64,000 nt of DNA from Deltaproteobacteria bacterium (lineage in GTDB: Bacteria; Desulfobacterota; Syntrophia; Syntrophales; JAFGHS01), in assembly GCA_016928025.1 (NCBI GenBank), contig JAFGLN010000023.1:17067-81066 (forward strand). Direction: 5' to 3'. A program made the position numbers and the translations under genes. Below the pieces are notes generated by a model. It was not told where the DNA came from and did not search any database. It saw nothing but the letters and a program-made list of their open reading frames with translations. Shown here piece by piece: positions 21,702-29,989 of the stretch (its first letter is position 1; each line of letters opens with the position of its first letter).

Positions 21702-23171
21702 TTAAACCTTGGACCTTGTTCCTTGATTTTTCTCCTGCGTCACGGTCTTTAGTCCTTCAATAATGAATGAAAATTCCTTGTCGTCGATCGTTCGCAAATC
21801 CATCAAAACTTCATCGTCGGCGATTCGGACAATGACCGGGATGTCAAGACGCCGGAGGTGCTCGTCAATCATATGACAAGACAGCCGGTCCGATGTCAGG
21901 GCGATGCAAAACGTTGGAATGTCCTCCATCGGAAGCGATCCGCCCCCCGAGCGGGAAATTCCCTTCCTCAGAGAGACATGAATTCCCGCAAGCTTTAATC
22001 GTCGGATGGCGGCAAGGAGTTTCCTGGCTTTCTTTTCCACCTGTTCGACCGGATCTGTCAGGGCCCGCAGAACTCTTGACCGGGAGCGGGCCGTTTCGGG
22101 ATTGAGATATAACATCAGCGTTGCCTCCAGGGCGGCAAGGGTCAGTTTGTCAATGCGAAGCGCCCGGTTGAGGGCATTCTTCTTGATGTCTTGCAGGAGG
22201 GCTTTTTTGCCCAAGATGATGCCGGCCTGGGGACCACCCAAAAGTTTGTCGCCGCTTAAGGTGACCACATCGGCGCCCGTTGCCAGGGCGTCCTGGACCG
22301 TCGGTTCCCTGATCAGCCCGTATTGGTCGAGTTCGAGGAAACAACCGCTGCCCAGATCGTTGAAGACGGGAATTCCGAAACGTTTTCCCAGGGCCACCAG
22401 GGTGAACAGGTCTATTTCTTCCGTAAAACCCAGGATTTTATAATTGCTGGTATGCACTTTCAGGATCAATCCGGTATTTTCATGGATCGCTTTTTCGTAG
22501 TCCGCAAGGTGCGTGCGATTGGTTGTTCCGACTTCATGCAAAATGGCACCGCTCTTTTCCATGATTTCGGGGATGCGAAATTCCCCGCCGATTTCTATCA
22601 GCTCACCTCTCGAGACAATGACATCCTTACCGTCGGCCAGGGTGTTCAGAACCAACAGAACCGCGGCGGCGTTGTTATTCACCACAAGGGCATCTTGGGC
22701 ACCCGATATGACGCAAAGGAGTCTTTGAACATGATCGTAACGAAGACCGCGGCGCCCGGTTTTCAGATTGTATTCCAGATTTGAATACCCCGCGCCGATG
22801 TCCGAAAGCCTCCTGACGGCTTCATCGCAAAGCGGCGCCCGGCCCAGATTTGTATGCAGGATGACACCCGTGGCATTGATGACCCGTTTTAAATGGTATT
22901 GATGCAGGGCGTCGATGATTGCCGTCACATCCGCCAGAATGTCTTCTGCTTTCGGTGTCTGAAACGAATCCGGAGAGATATTTTCGGCTTTCATGATGCG
23001 ATATCGCAGGTTTTCAACAACCGTGCGACAGGCCTCTTTGACAACGTCTTTCGGGGCTCTTTCGAATATATTTTCTTTTTCCAGATTTTGCATCATGCCG
23101 TCAATCTTCGGAAGGGTCTTCAGCAACGCTTTTTGGGTGTCGTTCATTTGCGGACCTTCAAAATGTTTCAT
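21702..23171 (-). CDS. selA: L-seryl-tRNA(Sec) selenium transferase
   Basis: VINATGVILHTNLGRA, VNNNAAAV, EVGTTNRTH and SGDKLLGGPQAG (PLP lysine). Alternative start at 23147. Confidence 0.97.
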   Translation of the reverse strand: MKHFEGPQMNDTQKALLKTLPKIDGMMQNLEKENIFERAPKDVVKEACRTVVENLRYRIMKAENISPDSFQTPKAEDILADVTAIIDALHQYHLKRVINATGVILHTNLGRAPLCDEAVRRLSDIGAGYSNLEYNLKTGRRGLRYDHVQRLLCVISGAQDALVVNNNAAAVLLVLNTLADGKDVIVSRGELIEIGGEFRIPEIMEKSGAILHEVGTTNRTHLADYEKAIHENTGLILKVHTSNYKILGFTEEIDLFTLVALGKRFGIPVFNDLGSGCFLELDQYGLIREPTVQDALATGADVVTLSGDKLLGGPQAGIILGKKALLQDIKKNALNRALRIDKLTLAALEATLMLYLNPETARSRSRVLRALTDPVEQVEKKARKLLAAIRRLKLAGIHVSLRKGISRSGGGSLPMEDIPTFCIALTSDRLSCHMIDEHLRRLDIPVIVRIADDEVLMDLRTIDDKEFSFIIEGLKTVTQEKNQGTRSKV

Positions 23172-24317
23172 TCATTCCTGAAACGGTGGATCCTGAGTGG
23201 AGGTATTTGGATAGACAATCAGCTTTTCCCCGACAAAAAGTTCCCTTGCCATGTCTAAGCGGTTCCAGACCAAAAGTGCGGGAAGCGGCACGTTGAAACT
23301 CGTGGCGATTGAGGAAAGACTGTCACCATCCTTGACGGTATAAATGCTTTTTTTACTATCCTCCTGCCATTGGCGGAGAAGTTTTTCGTATTTAACATGG
23401 AAGCTTTCCGCGGCCCCTTCAGGAACGGCGATGCTGTGTTGACCCTTAACCAGGTAGTGTCCCCGGATTTCAGGATTCAGTTCCTTGATGACTTTAAAAT
23501 AAGTATCCGCGGCTTCGGCGATGATCTGAACAGGCGTATCTTCGGAACACGTGATGTCCACTTGGTCAAAGGTCAGCAGAGGGTAAAAGTCTTTATTATT
23601 TAAGAAAAAACCGTATTGCCCCGGATTGCTGATGATTAATTTGGCGGAAATGATCCTGAAGATATATCGCTGGGTTTCGATGGGCAAATATAACTGATAA
23701 TAATCATTTACTTTCTGGATCAGGATCTCCGCTTTTAATCCCTCTTCTCCCATATTGTATGCGGAAGCCGCCAGTGTCCAGGATCCGAACATCCCGTGGA
23801 GGGTGTCGAGATAGCGGATCGCCGCATCGGTAGACACAAAAATATTTCGGCGCTCGTCAATATGATCATCAATGGTCAGGTCGTACGTTTTCCCTGTGCC
23901 TTCCATGAACTGCCAGTATCCCATGGCGCCTTTTGGTGACCCGGCATAAGATAGGAGACTGCTTTCCACAATGACGAGATATTTTAAGTCATCCGGCATT
24001 CCGTTTTTTTTGAGCATCTTTTCGATATGGGGCATATAGCGACTGGAACGTTTCAGCCAGAGAATGGTTTGGGGACGATTCCAGAGCATCAACATAAATT
24101 CTTTTTCGAATCGTTCGCGAACGTCCCGATTATGGAGCGGGACCGGCTCGCTGCAGAAATGAATCGGACCGTTGATCCGGATGGTGGAAAGCAGGGACGG
24201 AATATATTCGGATGTTGGGCGAATAGGCTCACTCCCGCAAGCCGCTTGCGTTGTTAGGATTCCCCAAAAGAGAATTGCCGAGAACCGGAAAAGAACAAGA
24301 TGAGCAGCGCCCCTCAT
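23172..24317 (-). CDS. MltD-like lytic transglycosylase with LysM domain (possible lipoprotein)
   Basis: SLT motifs ES, GYWQFM, AYNMG and ETQRY; C-terminal LysM YTVKDGDSLSSIA; hydrophobic N-terminus ending AAC. Confidence 0.9.
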   Translation of the reverse strand: MRGAAHLVLFRFSAILFWGILTTQAACGSEPIRPTSEYIPSLLSTIRINGPIHFCSEPVPLHNRDVRERFEKEFMLMLWNRPQTILWLKRSSRYMPHIEKMLKKNGMPDDLKYLVIVESSLLSYAGSPKGAMGYWQFMEGTGKTYDLTIDDHIDERRNIFVSTDAAIRYLDTLHGMFGSWTLAASAYNMGEEGLKAEILIQKVNDYYQLYLPIETQRYIFRIISAKLIISNPGQYGFFLNNKDFYPLLTFDQVDITCSEDTPVQIIAEAADTYFKVIKELNPEIRGHYLVKGQHSIAVPEGAAESFHVKYEKLLRQWQEDSKKSIYTVKDGDSLSSIATSFNVPLPALLVWNRLDMARELFVGEKLIVYPNTSTQDPPFQE

Positions 24318-24320
24318 GGA

Positions 24321-25553
24321 TTATTCCTTTCTTTTTGCGGGAAATTTATCTTTCAGCAACTCCTGAAAGGATCCGAGAGATTTGGCGGGCTTGGATAAAT
24401 ACCGGCGATAGTCATCTTCGTCTTCTTTTGCCTTTCCTGGAGAATCGTCGTCACCTGAAGCCAGGGCCAGGGAGATGCGTTTGGAAGCTTTATCAACCGC
24501 CTCAATTTGGACGTTGAGAGATTGGTCGATTGTTAAAAACGGCTTCGAGCCTTTGACTTTCTTGTCTGCTTTGAGTTTGGAGATATGAAGCAGCCCGTCA
24601 ATTCCCGCCTCCAGGGAAACGAACGCTCCGAATTTCGTCATGCTGGTCACTCTGCCCATATGGATCGTGCCCACGAGGTATTTTTTATCGACGTTATCCC
24701 ATGGGTCGGCAAGGGTTTCTTTAAGGCTTAGAGATATGCGATCACTGTCCCAGTCCAGTTTTAAAATGAGCGCTTCCACTTCCTGACCTACTGATAGATG
24801 TTCATTGATATCGGAAACCCGGGACCAGCCGATTTCGGAAATAGGAATCAGACCCTGGATGCCGCCGACATCCATGAAAGCGCCGAATTTCCTGATACTC
24901 GTGATTCTCCCTTTGACGGTCATTCCCTCCTGCAAAGACTGTTTCAGGAGCTCTTTGTGCTTTTTTTCCTCTTCCTTTAATATCTCTTTGCGCGACAGAA
25001 TAATGTTCCTACCTTTTTCGCCATACTCCACGATGTTGAATAAAAGGTGTTTTCCTATATAGTCATCGGGGGTTTCATCTTTTTTCAATCCCATTTGGGA
25101 ATAGGGACAGAAACTGCGCATATCGCCCGCAATTTTAACCTCGTAGCCGCCCTTGATTTCTTTTTCGATAAAGCCTTCAATAGGAATGCCGTTTTGCCAG
25201 GCGTCTTCCAGATACGTCCGCCCCGCCTCACCGCCACCGACCTTGGTCGTGAAGAGTTTTTCATTGTTGCGCGAAGACAGAAAATACGCCCGAATTGTAT
25301 CACCTTCCTTTAGATCGATATGACCGTCTTCATCATTAAGTTCCCTTCGATCGAGGTAGCCTTCGCTTTTGCCGCCCAGGTCGAGAAAAATCCAGTCCGA
25401 TGTGATTTTGACAATCTTTGCTTCCACTTTTTGGCCCGGTTGCAGCCAGTCTTTGCCGATTTCCGTTTCCGCCAGCAAGTCGGCGAAGCTCTTTGTTTCG
25501 TCTGTATCGGTTAATCCTTTTTGTTCGTTGTTCATGTATTTCTCGTTATCCAT
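24321..25553 (-). CDS. ribosomal protein S1-like protein (short form, four S1 domains)
   Basis: S1 repeats (LGGKSEG, FCPYSQ, FGAFMD..GLIPISE, FGAFV..GLLHISKL). Start 25553 chosen because a promoter overlaps the longer start. Confidence 0.9.
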   Translation of the reverse strand: MDNEKYMNNEQKGLTDTDETKSFADLLAETEIGKDWLQPGQKVEAKIVKITSDWIFLDLGGKSEGYLDRRELNDEDGHIDLKEGDTIRAYFLSSRNNEKLFTTKVGGGEAGRTYLEDAWQNGIPIEGFIEKEIKGGYEVKIAGDMRSFCPYSQMGLKKDETPDDYIGKHLLFNIVEYGEKGRNIILSRKEILKEEEKKHKELLKQSLQEGMTVKGRITSIRKFGAFMDVGGIQGLIPISEIGWSRVSDINEHLSVGQEVEALILKLDWDSDRISLSLKETLADPWDNVDKKYLVGTIHMGRVTSMTKFGAFVSLEAGIDGLLHISKLKADKKVKGSKPFLTIDQSLNVQIEAVDKASKRISLALASGDDDSPGKAKEDEDDYRRYLSKPAKSLGSFQELLKDKFPAKRKE

Positions 25554-25581
25554 ATCCGTTCCCTTGCCGGGTTTTTGACTT

Positions 25582-25612
25582 ATTATATATGAAGAATGCA
25601 TTGGGATGTCAA
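25582..25612 (-). promoter_or_regulatory. sigma70 promoter of the S1-like gene
   Basis: Minus strand TTGACA-N17-TATATAAT. Confidence 0.55.
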
Positions 25613-25773
25613 TGAGATGACACGCCTAATGAAATAAATGGTTCTTGTGGCATGGGTTTTATACTGTAAAATATAAGATTTATTATGTGTGTAAAAATAA
25701 AATTTTTCCATTTCGATTGCACATCTTGGAATGGGAGAAAAAAGGAACAGATCATGAAGGAGAAAGAGATGCT

Positions 25774-26109
25774 TTAATCTTTCATCAATGATGTTAGCTT
25801 GCTTCCGCTTTTGACCAGCAACTGTTCAAAAGCCTTTTCCAATTTTTCGTATTCCGTTAAAATGTCTTTTGCTTCTTCTGTCAGCCGCATACCTCTTTTC
25901 AGCGGATCGACGATGACGATCTTTTTCCCCAACCGCTCTTCGGATGCTTTGAGGCGCCCCCAGGCGGCTCGATAGGACATATTCAATTTTTCGGCCGCCG
26001 CTTTGAGGCTTTTGCATTCATCAATGGCGTGGAAGAGCTCCTTGCGGCCTTTTCCAAAGATGACCTTATGATCATGTTCGAGCCAGATTTTATATTTTAT
26101 TTCCATCAC
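25774..26109 (-). CDS. ModE-family winged-helix regulator lacking the molybdate-binding TOBE domains
   Basis: KIWLE...FGKGR..L...I....SL..AA..L.MSYRAAWGRL...E..LG is the ModE N-terminal signature; only about 110 aa; divergent from the FDH gene. Confidence 0.9.
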   Translation of the reverse strand: MMEIKYKIWLEHDHKVIFGKGRKELFHAIDECKSLKAAAEKLNMSYRAAWGRLKASEERLGKKIVIVDPLKRGMRLTEEAKDILTEYEKLEKAFEQLLVKSGSKLTSLMKD

Positions 26110-26332
26110 GTTACTTCATAATGCATATTTCAATTTTGATCAATATAAAAAAATCTCCCTCATTGCGAGCTTTTTCTCATCAATTCCGACCATTTTCATT
26201 TGGGTAAAGCGACCTTGAGGAACGGATAAAAAGCGCGGCATCGTGGAACCATGATCGATCAAACAGATGCGTGATATGACAAAAAATACTTGACAGTCCC
26301 CTGAAAAGAAAATATGTGATCGCTATCGTTTA

Positions 26333-26350
26333 TATGTCTTATCTGGCATA
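26333..26350. promoter_or_regulatory. ModE-type palindromic box 1 (TATG-N10-CATA)
   Basis: TATGTCTTATCTGGCATA, just downstream of a TTGACA at 26290; near-identical to box 2. Confidence 0.55.
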
Positions 26351-26360
26351 TGAACCGTCA

Positions 26361-26586
26361 TATTTTCGAGTCAGCTGGTGTCGGGCGGTTTTATCATGCC
26401 CGGTTCTGAAAATACCGCGTCATCATTCGCACTTGCGGTTCGATGACACATTATATGAGAGCTTTGAAGAAAGAACGCCCGGCTTTCTGTATGATAGGCG
26501 TGGAGGCCTAATCGCACGGGAAACTCCCCGCATATCTTTTGCGCTCCTCAGAAAGTTACCGGTGCGTAACCATTCGAAGCTCTCAT
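26361..26586 (+). ncRNA. candidate structured non-coding RNA / FDH leader of unknown class
   Basis: Nested complementary segments: 26455-26468 with 26573-26586, 26475-26482 with 26559-26567, 26483-26489 with 26549-26555, plus inner and upstream hairpins. No credible ORF. Confidence 0.35.
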
Positions 26587-26745
26587 TATTTTTCTTAAAA
26601 TATGGTGCGGTGCCCACTTTGTTTTTATCATTTCCGACTTCAATCCAGCAATTTTACATTTCAAGATGTTATCATAAAAAAGTGATGGATTCCATTCTTA
26701 GGTGTTGACTTCTTGTAGCCGGATATTGTAAAAGTCGACACGCTA

Positions 26746-26784
26746 TATGTCTTAAATGACATAAGATATGCTACAAATAGCATA
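26746..26784. promoter_or_regulatory. tandem ModE-type boxes 2 and 3 directly upstream of the FDH gene
   Basis: TATGTCTTAAATGACATA (26746-26763) and TATGCTACAAATAGCATA (26767-26784), both TATG-N10-CATA; TTGACT at 26705. Confidence 0.6.
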
Positions 26785-26808
26785 TTAACTATCTCTTTGG
26801 AGGCGGTT

Positions 26809-29508
26809 ATGGGTGATACCTTTATGTTGAATGGGAAAGAAGTTGAATTTAAAAAGGATGATACGATCCTGGATGCGGCCAAACGTGTGGGAGTGGAAAT
26901 TCCGACACTTTGTTTTCTGAAAGGGGCTACACCGACAGGGGCCTGCCGTATGTGTCTGGTGGAGGTTGTTGGTGGGCGAGCATTAATGACGGCCTGTTCC
27001 ACACCGGTGACGAAGGGGATGGAAGTCATCACGGACAGCGAGCGTGTTCACAAAGCGCGAAAAATGAATGTCGAGTTGCTTCTGAGCAGCGGCAAGCATG
27101 ATTGCATAGTTTGCGAAGCCAACGGTTGCTGCCGCCTGCAGGACCTGGCCTACTTTTATGGCATCAAAGAACCCCGTTTCACACAGACGCCGGTGGAAGA
27201 GCTATACCCGGTCGAAGATGTGAACCCTTTTATCGTTCGTGACTTCAGCCGCTGTATCCTATGCGGACGATGTGTTCAGGCCTGTAATGAAGTGGTGGTC
27301 AACCGAGCCATCAGCTATGGCTATCGCGGTTCGGCCAACAAGATCGTGACCGGTGGTGACCTGCCTTACAACGATTCCGAATGTGTGTTTTGCGGTCAGT
27401 GTGTTGAGGTCTGTCCGGTTGGCGCCTTGACGGAGAAAAAAGCCAAGGGGCTGGGACGGCCCTGGGAGGTCGAGAAAATACGTACCACCTGTCCATACTG
27501 CGGCGTCGGTTGCCAGCAGTGGCTCCATGTGAAAGACGGCAAAATCGTAAAGGTTACGGCCGTTGAAAACGCCGAACCCAACCAGGGACGTTTGTGTATC
27601 AAAGGCCGTTTCGGCTACGATTTTATTTATTCCGAAGATCGACTTAAAACTCCCCTCATCCGCGAGAACGGCAAATTTCGAGAGGCCTCCTGGGATGAAG
27701 CCCTTGATCTGGTTGCGGCGAAGTTCAAGGACATCATGGAGCAGCATGGCCCGGACGCCATTGCCGGTGTCAGTTGTGCCCGAAGCATCAATGAGGATTC
27801 CTATCAGATGCAGAAGCTCTTTCGCGCCACTTTTGGAACAAATAATATCGATCATTGTGCCCGTACTTGACACGCTCCGACGGTCGCCGGTCTGGCGACC
27901 TCTTTTGGTTCGGGTGCCATGACAAATTCGTTTGCCGACTTCAAAAAAGCCCAGATGATTTTTGTCATCGGCTCTAACATGACAGAAGCCCATCCGGTCG
28001 CGGCTACGTTTGTCAAACAGGCCGCCATTAATGGCGCCCAGCTGATTGTTGTTGATCCCCGCCGCACGGGCCTTGTGGATTTTGCGAACCTCCATGTGCC
28101 GATCAAAGTCGGTTCGGACATCGCGTTTCTCAATGGCGTAATGAATGTTTTGATCAACGAAGATCTTTATGACAAAAAATATGTTGAGTCATGCACGGTT
28201 GGATTTGAAGATCTGAAAGCCAAGGTTATGGAATATCCGCCGGAGCGGGCCGCCGAGATCAGCGGTGTCAGCGCAGACACAATACGCGATGTGGCGCGGC
28301 GAATGGCATCCGTAAAACCCGCCATGCTCATGTATACACTGGGTATCACCGAGCATATCTGTGGTGTTCGGAACGTCTTGTCCTGCGCCAATATGCAGAT
28401 GCTTCTGGGTAACGTCGGTTTCGAATGCGGCGGTGTGAATCCCCTGCGGGGTCAAAACAACGTTCAGGGGGCCTGTGACATGGGCGCCTTGCCGAATGTT
28501 TTTCCCGGGTATCAACGTGTGGACAATCCCGAAGCTCGGGCGAAGTTCGCAGCCGCATGGAGTGTTGAAAAATTGCCGGAGAAGCCGGGCATGATGATTC
28601 CCCAGATGCTTGACGGTTTGCTTGACGGTAAGGTGAAGGGCTTCTACGTGTTCGGTGAAAACCTGGCCAATACGGAACCCGATATCCGGCACGTGGAAAA
28701 GTGTTTGAGTTCGGCGGAATTCCTGGTGTGCCAGGATATTTTTCCGACGGAGACGACGTGGTTTGCCCATGTCATTCTGCCGGCAGCCGCCTGGAGCGAG
28801 AACGACGGCACCTTCACGAACAGCGAACGACGCGTAAACCGGGTCCGCACGGCAAGCAAACCGCCGGGCGATGCCAAACCGAACTGGTGGATTTTCAAGG
28901 AAATTGCCAAACGGATGGGACAAAAATGGAAGTCGAACAGTGCCCGGGATATTTGGGACAAGGAAATTGCGCAACTGACACCGTCCATGGCCGGAATCAA
29001 GTATGCCCGGATCGAGAACGACGGCCTTCAGTGGCCTGTTCCGAGTGAAGACCATGCGGGAACGAGTTTCCTCCATGCGGAAGGTTGTTTCACCTGCGGT
29101 CTCGGTGCCCTGACGCCTGTGGACTGGGTGCCGCCCGCGGAGGTCCCGGATAAAGAATACCCATTGACCTTGAGCACGGGCCGGCGATTGTACCACTATC
29201 ATACGCGGACACAGACAGGACGGTCTCCGGGGATCGATGATCTGATGGGGGAAGAGACGGCCGACATTTCACCCATTGATGCCCGTGATCGCGGGATTCT
29301 TGACGGCGAAATGATCAGCGTCAAATCGCGGCGGGGCGAGGTGAATGTCAAGGCGAATGTTACGGATCGGATGCCCGAAGGAATGGTCTGGATGGCCTTT
29401 CATTTTCGGGAAGCCTGTGCCAACTGGCTCACGAATCCGGCTTACGACCCCACTACGCAAACGGCGGAATATAAGGCCTGTGCCGTGCGCATTGACAAAT
29501 TGAAATAA
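26809..29508 (+). CDS. fdhF: selenocysteine-containing formate dehydrogenase alpha subunit (about 899 aa), cytoplasmic, with NuoG-like Fe-S N-terminus
   Basis: ORFs 26797-27870 and 27919-29508 are in one frame, joined by a single TGA (27868-27870) in NNIDHCART-U-HAPTVAGL. Also 2Fe-2S and 2x4Fe-4S motifs, CPYCGVGC, LRGQNNVQG; no Tat signal. Confidence 0.95.
27882..27900 (+). promoter_or_regulatory. bacterial SECIS element
   Basis: Perfect 7-bp stem GGTCGCC/GGCGACC with loop GGTCT, starting 11 nt after the UGA; resembles the E. coli fdhF SECIS. Confidence 0.9.
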
Positions 29509-29515
29509 CCGGACT

Positions 29516-29563
29516 TTTTCCTGAAAGCGACCTCGCAAATCTGCAGAGGTGCTTTCAGGAAAA
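29516..29563 (+). terminator. hairpin downstream of the FDH gene
   Basis: TTTTCCTGAAAGC...GCTTTCAGGAAAA inverted repeat with inner ACCTC/GAGGT. Confidence 0.6.
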
Positions 29564-29989
29564 GGGATGAGTGTTATTATCGCATAGAAATCATAGGGCA
29601 ACAATACCTTTTATATGAGTTAGTACGGGAAATTTTTTCAGAGAAATCATTGCAGCTCAATATTACAATTAATCTGTTTCTTCGTTATTGACTTCAAGTA
29701 TTTCAAGATAGTATGAGTTTCTGGATATCTGTCATTCTTGGCATAGAATGATAAACGCTAAATCTCTTTTACGACAGAGAGACAGGACTGGGGAGGCTTA
29801 TCGGATATTAACCGCGGTCATTCACAGGAAACAGCGGGATGGAAACAATTGTCGTTTTGAACTGTGCTGACAGGTAGATGCCTGGTTGAAATTGATCTAT
29901 TTAATCTTGTTTAGGTGGTAGTGGATTCCGGCCAGCATCCGAAATGATAGGTAGGTTTTATTAAAAATATCGAGGAGGCGGAGGAGCAA

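Noticed and set aside
26316-26708. 130-aa ORF, or a canonical Moco riboswitch, upstream of the FDH
   Set aside because: The ORF has no RBS or recognisable motif and overlaps the regulatory boxes; I could not place the Moco RNA consensus elements. Kept only as an unclassified structure.
26797-29508. Two separate FDH ORFs or a nonsense pseudogene
   Set aside because: Same frame, TGA at the catalytic Sec position, SECIS present and selA nearby: one selenoprotein gene.
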